64,000 nucleotides of DNA from an uncultured Spirochaetales bacterium. GTDB taxonomy: Bacteria > UBP6 > UBA1177 > JAKLFG01. A model generated the notes under the pieces. It searched no databases. It saw only the letters and a program-made list of their open reading frames with translations, and had not been told where the DNA came from. Shown here one piece after another: positions 31,973 to 40,018 of this stretch. Within the stretch, counting starts at the first letter, position 1, and each line of letters opens with the position of its first letter. The stretch is from NCBI GenBank assembly GCA_964415795.1, contig CAYQBN010000009.1, positions 55,988 through 119,987 on the forward strand, written 5' to 3'. A program made the position numbers and the translations under genes.

Positions 31973-33276
31973 TCGGCGAACGGGCACAGAATCCGAAGGT
32001 CGCCGCCGCCTCGCTCGTTCGCAAGGTCCTCGAACAATCGCTCTTTGTCAACGAACTGCTCAACAACCTTCTCGACACTTTTCCCCTCGATCAGCGCCGT
32101 TTCATTACCGAACTCACCTACGGAACCATTCGTCACCTTGCCCATCTCGACTTCTGGATAGAAACCGCTTCCCAGAAACCGGTCACCCGCATAGACCGCG
32201 AAACGCTCTCTCACCTGCGCGTAGCGCTCTACCAGATGCTTTTCATGAGCAATCGGGCCGGTCCACAGATCGTGAACGAGGCGGTGGAGATCGTCAAAAC
32301 TTCTTCCCGGCGAGAGGCGGCTGGTTTCGTCAACTTCACCCTGCGCGAAGTGCTCCGTATCGGTCCCGCCCGTTCGACGATGTTCCGCCTGCTCGGGTAC
32401 GACAAAAAACGGTTTTACTGCACTTGGCACTCATTCCCCGAGTGGCTCGCTCTTCTTATCGGCGACCTTGTCGGCCAGCGACACTGGCACAAATACCTTG
32501 CTTTCGCAAACAAACCGATCGGGATCACGCTTCGTGTCGAAGGCGACGCAAAACGACGCGAAGAGGTGGTCGCCTACCTCCGCGCCCAGAACATATCCGC
32601 CGATCCCGCCGCAGTAAGCCCCTACGGCATCTACACCGACCGTGCGGTAACTTGGCGCATGATCGCCGACCTTCCTGAGGTGTTCATTCAGGACGAGTCA
32701 AGTCAGTTGGCGGTCCTCGACATGGAAATACGCCGCGGCGACCGGATACTTGACCTCTGCGCAGCGCCCGGCGGCAAAGCGCTCTTCTGCTCGTGGCTCA
32801 CCGGTCCGGAAGGGAAAGTGACCGCCGCCGATGTGAGCCCCTATAAACTCAAGAACATCGCCGATGCCTTCCTGCGCGCCGGGCGGCGCAATATCGAGAT
32901 ACGACTCAACGACGCCGTCGAACATAACCCGTCGTGGGACGACGCCTTCGATGCTGTGCTCCTCGACGCTCCCTGTTCGGCGCTCGGCACGATACGACGC
33001 CATCCCGAGGTGAAATGGCTCAAGAAACCTAACGACGGCGCCCAGATAGCACACCTTGTCGGACGAATGCTCACCCATGCGGCCCGCTATGTCCGCCCCG
33101 GCGGCACGCTTCTCTACTCGGTCTGCACCTTCACCCGCGAAGAGACGACCGAACAACTCCAGAAGTTCATTCTCGAACACCCCGAGTTCAAGGTAGAGAA
33201 AGCCTACTATACCGTGTCAACGCTTCTCGATAACCGCGACATTTTCTTCATCGCGCGATTAAGGAGAATGAAATAG
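31963..33276 (+). CDS. rsmB: 16S rRNA m5C967 methyltransferase (RsmB/Sun family)
   Basis: NusB-like N-terminus, 'LDLCAAPGGKA' and 'DAPCSALGTIRRHPEVKW'. A likely GTG start overlaps the fmt stop. Confidence 0.8.
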   Translation, partial: AVLIGERAQNPKVAAASLVRKVLEQSLFVNELLNNLLDTFPLDQRRFITELTYGTIRHLAHLDFWIETASQKPVTRIDRETLSHLRVALYQMLFMSNRAGPQIVNEAVEIVKTSSRREAAGFVNFTLREVLRIGPARSTMFRLLGYDKKRFYCTWHSFPEWLALLIGDLVGQRHWHKYLAFANKPIGITLRVEGDAKRREEVVAYLRAQNISADPAAVSPYGIYTDRAVTWRMIADLPEVFIQDESSQLAVLDMEIRRGDRILDLCAAPGGKALFCSWLTGPEGKVTAADVSPYKLKNIADAFLRAGRRNIEIRLNDAVEHNPSWDDAFDAVLLDAPCSALGTIRRHPEVKWLKKPNDGAQIAHLVGRMLTHAARYVRPGGTLLYSVCTFTREETTEQLQKFILEHPEFKVEKAYYTVSTLLDNRDIFFIARLRRMK

Positions 33277-33367
33277 ACACGGCAATCTCTCAATCTCTCT
33301 CGCGATGTCGCTGAGTAAGTAGTGGAGAACCCAAAGCGGCTTGAAGGGAACCGTATGACCCATGTAT

Positions 33368-33940
33368 TTACGGTGCTGGCTGCTCCTTCCGTCCCCGTTC
33401 GTTCTCCTGCGCCTCTTTGATGAGTTCCTCGTAAACTGCGACAGGTATTTCGATACGACACCATGAGTCATAAACGCTCATGCCGTCGCGACGCCACTTT
33501 TCGGTGTAGAGCGAGTGCTCATAATCACGGAGCGTTATCTCGGCCCCCCGCTCGATCGTGACATCCTTGACCACCGACGCCTCGTGCCCGAGGACCTGCT
33601 CGGTGTAGTTGTCGGTGCCGTAGCGGACCCGGACGAATATCTGCTTGGAGATGTTCGACAGCGCATTGCTGTAGGCCTTCGTCCGCGACTCATCCTTGTC
33701 TTTTGAGGTTGCATAGCCAAAGAAGTAGTGCATCCCTGCCGTCTTGTCGAACACATGGGCATACAGGGTATTCTTCCACGCAGGAACCTCGTCGGCATAC
33801 CGCTCAAGGAGAACACCTCGCTCCACCGGCTCCTGCGACACCTTGGCCGGTGCCTGTTGCGGCGCTGGGCACGGCTGAGACGCCGCACAACCACCCCCAA
33901 TAACCAGAGTGACCAGAATCATCACCATCCGAAACATCAT
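33368..33940 (-). CDS. Hypothetical lipoprotein (last gene of carbamoyltransferase locus)
   Basis: 'MMFRMVMILVTLVIGGGC' lipobox. No recognised domain. Confidence 0.5.
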   Translation of the reverse strand: MMFRMVMILVTLVIGGGCAASQPCPAPQQAPAKVSQEPVERGVLLERYADEVPAWKNTLYAHVFDKTAGMHYFFGYATSKDKDESRTKAYSNALSNISKQIFVRVRYGTDNYTEQVLGHEASVVKDVTIERGAEITLRDYEHSLYTEKWRRDGMSVYDSWCRIEIPVAVYEELIKEAQENERGRKEQPAP

Positions 33941-33960
33941 CACATAACCTCCCCAACTTC

Positions 33961-34329
33961 TCACCAGGGCCTCTCGAACGATTCCTTTGTATAAGAGCCT
34001 TCCGCGGCGCGCCAGTAGGTTTCCTGCTTTTTATAAAAATGTACTGCCGCCGCGCGATTGAACAGGCGATACAGAAACGCGATCGGTGTGAGGAACAGGA
34101 AGAATATCAGCGTCATCACAAGGCGTGACATGATGGCGCCGAGAAGCTCGGAGAGTTTTAGCCACCCCTTCGTGATGAGTGTCGCAAGTGGATTGGGGAC
34201 AAGCGCAAGGATAAGAAGCACCGTCGCGAGGTAGAGGAGCCACGCGTGCCCCAGCCACAGGTGGAATATCAGCGCCGCGAGAGAAAGGACGACAAATGTC
34301 TCGAGGACCATCTTGCGTGTCACTGCCAA
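33961..34329 (-). CDS. SxtJ-like small membrane protein
   Basis: About 120 aa with 3 TM helices, matching the pattern of the SxtJ family found beside NodU/CmcH carbamoyltransferases. It has a TTG or GTG start. Confidence 0.6.
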   Translation of the reverse strand: MAVTRKMVLETFVVLSLAALIFHLWLGHAWLLYLATVLLILALVPNPLATLITKGWLKLSELLGAIMSRLVMTLIFFLFLTPIAFLYRLFNRAAAVHFYKKQETYWRAAEGSYTKESFERPW

Positions 34330-34333
34330 CCCC

Positions 34334-34483
34334 CTAAAAGAGCGTGTAGATGAAGGGGGCGATCGCCGTGCCGCTTGACAGCACGATGAGTACGCCGATG
34401 AGCAGCAGCACCACGATCATCGGGAGTAACCACCATTTTTTCCGTTCTTTGAGAAAGCCCCAGAGGTCTTTCAGGAACTCCAT
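34334..34483 (-). CDS. DUF5989-like 49-aa membrane peptide (not in ORF track, under 60 aa)
   Basis: Translation 'MEFLKDLWGFLKERKKWWLLPMIVVLLLIGVLIVLSSGTAIAPFIYTLF'. AGGAGG sits 7 nt upstream. It fits the conserved small protein that accompanies carbamoyltransferase/SxtJ pairs. Confidence 0.65.
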   Translation of the reverse strand: MEFLKDLWGFLKERKKWWLLPMIVVLLLIGVLIVLSSGTAIAPFIYTLF

Positions 34484-34492
34484 GATATCCTC

Positions 34493-36364
34493 CTAATCGA
34501 GCGCAAAGGTCCGTTTCCACTTGTCACGATCGTTCCAATCGGGTTGTTCCTCCTTGATGAAAAGGAGATCCCCGATGACGAGCGTATCTATCTCGGTTGC
34601 CATGAAGCAGGCGAACGAATCCTCCGGGGTACAAACGATCGGCTCACCGCGAACATTGAAGCTGGTGTTGACGATCACCCCGTAGCCGGTCTTCTCCTTG
34701 AATCGCTCGATGAGCCGGTGATAGCGCGGGTTGGTCTCTTTGTGCACCGTCTGGATCCGTGCCGAGAAGTCGAGGTGGGTGATCGCCTGCACATCGCTCC
34801 GCGGCATGTAGAGTTTGTCGAAAAGCGGAAGTTCGTGGTAGTTCGCGGGAAGCTCTTTCCGCCGCGCTTTCAGCACATCGGCGATGAGGAGCATGTAGGG
34901 CGAATCCTGTTTGAGATCGAAAAACTCAGCCGCATTCTCGGCGAGTACCGAGGGAGCAAACGGTCGGAATCCCTCGCGGTACTTTATCTTGAGGTTGAGT
35001 TTCTTTTGCATCTCGGGGTTGCGCGCGTCGCCAAGTATCGAACGGTTGCCGAGTGCCCGCGGCCCCCACTCCATCCGCCCCTGGTGCCAGCCGACGACCT
35101 TCCCCTGCGTCAGGTGGTCAGTCACGAGGTCTATCAGTTTCTCGAAGTCGTCGAATCGGTGGAAAACCGCCTTGTGTCTGCGCGCCATCAGTTCGGTATC
35201 AAGGTCAGAATACTCAGGTCCGAGATAGGCCCCCTGCATCGCATCGTTCTTTCCATCAGCGGTACGCGATGCCCCGAAATACTGGTAGTGTGCCGCGAGC
35301 GCCGCCCCGAGCGCGCCCCCCGCATCGCCGGCAGCCGGCTGTATCCAGATGCCGTCAAAGAGACCGCTTTTGAGCAGTTTTCCGTTCGACACGCAGTTGA
35401 GTGCCGAGCCACCTGCAAGGCAGAGGTACCTTGCACCAGTGAGTCGCTTCGCCTCGGCCGCCATCTTAAGGACGATCTCGTCGTGGATCTGTTGAATCAC
35501 ATAGGCGAGGTCACAGTGGTGCTGTTCGATGTGGCTTTCGAGCGGACGTGTCGGAAAGCCGAAGAGCATCTCCCATTTCTTGTCGTCTATCATTCGCAGG
35601 CCGGTCGTGTAGGCGAAGTAGTCGGGATTCAGCCAGATCGAGCCGTCGTCGCGGATGTCTATGAGGTGAGTCAGTATCTTCTCCCGGTATTCTGCTATCT
35701 TTGGTGAATGAGGATTGCCATAGGGAGCCATTCCCATCAGTTTGTATTCGCCCGAGTTGACCTTGAAGCCGAGAAAGTAGGTGAAGGCCGAGTACAGAAG
35801 GCCGAGCGAGTGGGGGAAACGGAGTTCTTTGAGCGGCCGTATCGCGTTCCCTTTCCCGTGCATGATGGTGGCGGTTGCCCACTCGCCAACACCGTCGATC
35901 GTAAGGATCGCTGCCTCCTCGTACGGCGAGGGGAAAAAGGCCGACGCGGCGTGCGAGAGGTGGTGTTCAGGGAAGAGCAGGTTCACCGTCAACGGATCGC
36001 ACGAAGGATCTGCCTCTTTCAACGCGTCGCGGATGAGTTTCTTGAGAAAAAGTTTCTCTTTTATCCAGACCGGAACGAACGAAAGGAACTGACTGAGGCC
36101 GCGCGGCGCGAAGGCGTAGTAGGTTTCGAGCAGGCGCTCGAACTTGAGGAGCGGCTTGTCGTAGAAGACCACCGCGGCGAGATCGTTCACCCCTACGCCG
36201 CTGTACGAAAGACAGAACTTGACTGCGTGGATCGGGAATCGGGCATCCTGCTTTACCCGCGTGAAGCGCTCCTCCTGTGCCGCGGCGACGATATGGCCGT
36301 CGGCGATGAGGGCTGCCGCCGAATCATGATAGAATGCCGAAATGCCGAGTATGTAGCGTGTCAT
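34493..36364 (-). CDS. NodU/CmcH-family carbamoyltransferase
   Basis: 'ILGISAFYHDSAAALIADGHIVAAAQEERFTR' N-terminal YrdC/Kae1-like fold. At about 620 aa from the ATG at 36364 it has the family length. Confidence 0.9.
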   Translation of the reverse strand: MTRYILGISAFYHDSAAALIADGHIVAAAQEERFTRVKQDARFPIHAVKFCLSYSGVGVNDLAAVVFYDKPLLKFERLLETYYAFAPRGLSQFLSFVPVWIKEKLFLKKLIRDALKEADPSCDPLTVNLLFPEHHLSHAASAFFPSPYEEAAILTIDGVGEWATATIMHGKGNAIRPLKELRFPHSLGLLYSAFTYFLGFKVNSGEYKLMGMAPYGNPHSPKIAEYREKILTHLIDIRDDGSIWLNPDYFAYTTGLRMIDDKKWEMLFGFPTRPLESHIEQHHCDLAYVIQQIHDEIVLKMAAEAKRLTGARYLCLAGGSALNCVSNGKLLKSGLFDGIWIQPAAGDAGGALGAALAAHYQYFGASRTADGKNDAMQGAYLGPEYSDLDTELMARRHKAVFHRFDDFEKLIDLVTDHLTQGKVVGWHQGRMEWGPRALGNRSILGDARNPEMQKKLNLKIKYREGFRPFAPSVLAENAAEFFDLKQDSPYMLLIADVLKARRKELPANYHELPLFDKLYMPRSDVQAITHLDFSARIQTVHKETNPRYHRLIERFKEKTGYGVIVNTSFNVRGEPIVCTPEDSFACFMATEIDTLVIGDLLFIKEEQPDWNDRDKWKRTFALD

Positions 36365-36434
36365 AGAGTCTCCACAGTAACCGCCGCAACTATACTTGGT
36401 ACCAACCGCGGGAGCAAGAAAAAGGTGAGGATCC

Positions 36435-36818
36435 CTACTTCCCGCAGCCGGGGAAATTCTCAACGAATTTTATCTTGATGTCGGGGAAGTTCTCGACCAC
36501 CTTCACCTTATAGTCGGGGAAGTGTTCGACTATCTTCCAGAGCCCCGGCTTGTCGGGAAAATTCTCGACCACCTTCACCTTGAGGTCAGGGAAGTTCTCG
36601 ACGATCTTCACCGTCACATCGGGAAAGTTCTCAACATACTGTATTTTGCCGTAGAGCTGGCACGGTCCCGGCTTTCCCTTGTCGGCCGCCTCGGCGCACG
36701 CCGACACCATCGAAAGGAACCGCTCCCGCGCATTCTCCGATCGGCTGATTGACCGCTCCGAGAGATTGCAGAGAAACACTGCTCCGAATACGAGGAGAAA
36801 TATCCAACCCCTTTTCAT
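36435..36818 (-). CDS. Secreted nonapeptide-repeat protein (7x 'VKxVENFPD')
   Basis: Signal peptide 'MKRGWIFLLVFGAVFLC', then 'VENFPDVTVKIVENFPDLKVKVVENFPDKPGLWKIVEHFPDYKVKVVENFPDIKIKFVENFPGCGK'. GGGAGG sits 7 nt upstream. Confidence 0.6.
   Translation of the reverse strand: MKRGWIFLLVFGAVFLCNLSERSISRSENARERFLSMVSACAEAADKGKPGPCQLYGKIQYVENFPDVTVKIVENFPDLKVKVVENFPDKPGLWKIVEHFPDYKVKVVENFPDIKIKFVENFPGCGK
36440..36640. repeat. 27-bp-period tandem DNA repeat (about 7 copies) inside the nonapeptide-repeat gene
   Basis: Recurring 'gggaa(g/a)ttctcgac(c/g)a(c/t)cttcacc' units. Confidence 0.6.
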
Positions 36819-36955
36819 AATGTGCCTCCCTCTTCTCCGTTGACGAAAAACAGTATAGCGACACATGGTCTCGAACGCAACCGCGTTTCTTTTGCTTGCT
36901 TTTGACCATCGTTACGCATACAATCGTTTCGTTTGACCAAATCAAGGAGGGTTAT

Positions 36956-38056
36956 ATGCGTTTCACAGGAGCGTTCGCCATCCTTCTGTTACTTATCGGA
37001 TGCGATGTCATCAGCACCGACATATCGGTTCACTACCCTTTCGACAAGGATAAACCGGAGGAGTATACCATTAGCATTAAACAAGCAATGGACAACCTCC
37101 ACACTGCCATCACCCAGCAGACCAAAACGCTCGTTAGACTAAAGGCTGACACCTCTTCCTTCCCGGCCGGCTCTTCCATCTCGGTGGATACCGCCCTTTC
37201 GCTCGACAATATGCTCAAACTGATAGCGGGAGAAACGGTGACCATCACCACCACCGTAACAGCGACCTTCAACGAAAAAACCCAGACGGAGCAGCAGAAC
37301 CTGACCTTCAGCATCTGCGACTTCGTCAAATACAAGACGCAGGGCGTCACCACCGAGTTCGAGTTCGCCGATGTCCACATGGAGATCCGGGCGCTCGACA
37401 CCTACTGCGTCGACACCGACAAGGACGACGTGTTCGACCCCTTCGACCCCTCCTTCAGCGAGGCTGAGAAGGAAGCGCTGGAAAAGCCCTACCTTTACAT
37501 CACGCACCGCACCACCCCCAAAGCGATACAACTTTCGACCAATAAGAAATTGGAGAAGTATAAGAGCCTCCTCAACAAGATCCGTTCAGCGACGCTCGAT
37601 GAGTTACGGCTCACCATCTCCGAGAAACCAGAGGGACTCTCGTTCAGCGAATCTTCCGATCCAAACGACACATCCTTCACCATGGGCGCATCCTTCTTTG
37701 TCCAGCCGGTCAAGGACTGCACCGGCGACGCTGAGAACCTCGTGTGCGTCGGCACCGACTTCTCCGAAGAACGCAAATCTGCCGATTTTTACGCCGATAC
37801 CGTTGACCCGGAGACCGGCGTCAACCCCTACTGGGTCGGCACCTTCGGTAACGACGATCTGGCCGAGGGCGACACCTTGAAACTCATCTACACCTACGAC
37901 GGCAACAACATCCTCCAGAAGGCGATAAAGAACCTCGACTTCCAGATTGGCATAAAGTCGTGGTACAAGATAAGGCCGGGATCGCAACGGCCTTCGGGGA
38001 CATTCAAGGCATCGGTCGAAGCAACTTTCTTCTTCTCGGTCGAGCCGCTTCGATAA
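36956..38056 (+). CDS. Hypothetical lipoprotein
   Basis: 'MRFTGAFAILLLLIGC' lipobox. 367 aa with no recognised domain. Confidence 0.55.
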   Translation: MRFTGAFAILLLLIGCDVISTDISVHYPFDKDKPEEYTISIKQAMDNLHTAITQQTKTLVRLKADTSSFPAGSSISVDTALSLDNMLKLIAGETVTITTTVTATFNEKTQTEQQNLTFSICDFVKYKTQGVTTEFEFADVHMEIRALDTYCVDTDKDDVFDPFDPSFSEAEKEALEKPYLYITHRTTPKAIQLSTNKKLEKYKSLLNKIRSATLDELRLTISEKPEGLSFSESSDPNDTSFTMGASFFVQPVKDCTGDAENLVCVGTDFSEERKSADFYADTVDPETGVNPYWVGTFGNDDLAEGDTLKLIYTYDGNNILQKAIKNLDFQIGIKSWYKIRPGSQRPSGTFKASVEATFFFSVEPLR

Positions 38057-38085
38057 GATCATCCCACCGATAGAAAGGAGCCCGC

Positions 38086-39015
38086 ATGAACGCCTTCGTG
38101 TGGAACATCGATCCTACCATCGTGACCTTCGGACCGCTCCAGTTACGCTACTACGGCATCCTCTTCGGTCTTACTCTCCTCATTGGCTACTGGCTCTTTC
38201 AGAAGCAACTCGCCCGCTACGGGTACCCCGAGAAGGTCGCAGAGCAGTACCTCATTTGGGGCGTTCTTGGCGTCATCGTCGGCGCGCGACTCGTTCACTG
38301 CTTTTTCTATGAGCCTGACTACTATCTGAGCAACCCCGGTGAGATCATCAAGGTCTGGAAAGGCGGCATCGCGAGCCACGGAGCGACGCTCGGGCTTTTC
38401 CTCACCGCCATTTGGTTCATCCGGAAGCACAAGATGCCTTTCGTGAAACTCGGCGACGCCATCGTCTTCGCGGCGGCGGTCGGCGCGACGCTCGTCCGCA
38501 TCGGCAACTTCATGAACAGCGAGATCGTCGGACGCATCACCGATGTCTCGTGGGGCGTCAAGTTCCTCCGCAACCCCGACGACCTCGAGCTCGCTCGAAA
38601 GGCGGCGGCCGCCACCGGCGTCACCTGCGAGCGGGGAGACATTCAATGCCTCATCGCCTACTGGCCGGTCCGCTACCCAAGCCAACTGTTCGAAGCGCTC
38701 GGCGGCCTCACGGTGCTCGCCGTGCTTTTGCTTACGGTCTATCTTCTCAAGGGGAAGAATCGCCCCGGCATCTTTTCGGGGATATTCCTTACGCTCTACT
38801 TTACCTTCCGCTTCTTCATCGAATTCATCAAAGAGTTCCAAGAGGAATATCGCATCGGCGCAACGCTTACCATGGGACAATGGCTATCGTTGCCATTTAT
38901 CGTCGTCGGATTGTGGTTCCTCATCCGGGCGCTCCGCGCCGAACCGGAACCGATGCCGGCAAATAACGCTTCTCCCGCCCCGGCAGGAAAGAAGCGATCC
39001 GACCGCCGCAAGTAG
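38086..39015 (+). CDS. lgt: Prolipoprotein diacylglyceryl transferase
   Basis: 'LRYYGILFGLTLLIGYWL' and 'GGIASHGA' Lgt motifs with a multi-TM profile. Confidence 0.9.
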   Translation: MNAFVWNIDPTIVTFGPLQLRYYGILFGLTLLIGYWLFQKQLARYGYPEKVAEQYLIWGVLGVIVGARLVHCFFYEPDYYLSNPGEIIKVWKGGIASHGATLGLFLTAIWFIRKHKMPFVKLGDAIVFAAAVGATLVRIGNFMNSEIVGRITDVSWGVKFLRNPDDLELARKAAAATGVTCERGDIQCLIAYWPVRYPSQLFEALGGLTVLAVLLLTVYLLKGKNRPGIFSGIFLTLYFTFRFFIEFIKEFQEEYRIGATLTMGQWLSLPFIVVGLWFLIRALRAEPEPMPANNASPAPAGKKRSDRRK

Positions 39016-39023
39016 CCAACGCT

Positions 39024-39773
39024 CTACTCGTAGGTCCTTACCAAGATCGCCGAACGCGCCGACCGACGGCGTACCTCCTCGGCCATTTCTCTGATTGCCG
39101 TAGCAGAAAACGGCTTCGTGTTTCGCGCCTCCTCGCTCCACGCATGATCAGGCACGAACTGCTGAAGATATACCACAGCGTTTTCCGGCACGAGATCCAT
39201 CATCGCGGTGAGGGTCTCGACACCATCGACCACACCGGGATACAAGGTGACCCGGTATTCGACCGGTATCGGTTTCCTCGAAAGCAGTTCTTTTATCCTA
39301 AGGAAACGGTTCCTCAAATCGAGCACTTCCGTCTTCGCCCCGAGAAGGTGATAGCGTTCTGGTGTCGTCTTGAGATCAATGGCAACATAAGAGAGAAAGG
39401 GCAACATCGTCTCCACGAACGAAGGATCCAGACCGTTGGTGTCGAGCTTCACCTCAAGACCCCGTTCCCGAAGCGCCCTCGTGAAAGCGACCAGTTCCGG
39501 GTGAAGCGACGGCTCGCCACCGGTAATGACGATCCCGTCAATAAAGCCACGACGACGCTCTATCTCCTCCCACAGCACATCCGGCGGCATAAGGTCATCG
39601 TCGGCGACCGAAAACAACGATCCATTTTGACAATAAGGACAACGGAGATTGCATCTCGGCATAAACACGATAGCAGCAACGCGACCCGGAAAATCTAAAA
39701 GCGTTGTCCCTTGAAAACCGGCACAGCGGATCTCTACCGGGACAACCGACGATCCGATCGAATCATCGGCCAT
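39024..39773 (-). CDS. nrdG: Anaerobic ribonucleotide reductase activating protein (radical SAM)
   Basis: 'CNLRCPYCQN' CxxxCxxC cluster and 'ITGGEP'. It lies directly downstream of the nrdD pieces. Confidence 0.8.
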   Translation of the reverse strand: MADDSIGSSVVPVEIRCAGFQGTTLLDFPGRVAAIVFMPRCNLRCPYCQNGSLFSVADDDLMPPDVLWEEIERRRGFIDGIVITGGEPSLHPELVAFTRALRERGLEVKLDTNGLDPSFVETMLPFLSYVAIDLKTTPERYHLLGAKTEVLDLRNRFLRIKELLSRKPIPVEYRVTLYPGVVDGVETLTAMMDLVPENAVVYLQQFVPDHAWSEEARNTKPFSATAIREMAEEVRRRSARSAILVRTYE

Positions 39774-39781
39774 GAACAATA

Positions 39782-40006
39782 TCAGGCAGAAGCGGTTACG
39801 GAACGCCCTTCGGATGAATCGACCGGGCAAAGACGCGGCAACTCGGCCCCAGAGATGTCGGAAGCCGCCTTGCTCATGCTGAATGTCTTACGATGAGCGA
39901 ACTCTTCCCGTTTCCCCTTGTTCCAGTTCTGAACCGGACGATAGTACCCGACCACCCGGCTGTAGATCTCGGTCTTTTGTCCACAGGGAACCTTCTTGGA
40001 ATTCAT
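39782..40006 (-). CDS. Separate small ORF carrying the NrdD glycyl-radical motif (C-terminal fragment of class III RNR)
   Basis: 'MNSKKVPCGQKTEIYSRVVGYYRPVQNWNKGKREEF'. It has its own GGAGGA RBS placed immediately after the stop of the large nrdD ORF. Confidence 0.6.
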   Translation of the reverse strand: MNSKKVPCGQKTEIYSRVVGYYRPVQNWNKGKREEFAHRKTFSMSKAASDISGAELPRLCPVDSSEGRSVTASA

Positions 40007-40018
40007 GGTCATCCTCCG

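Noticed and set aside
34544-36478. Two long plus-strand ORFs (34544..35707 and 35708..36478)
   Set aside because: Antisense to the carbamoyltransferase.
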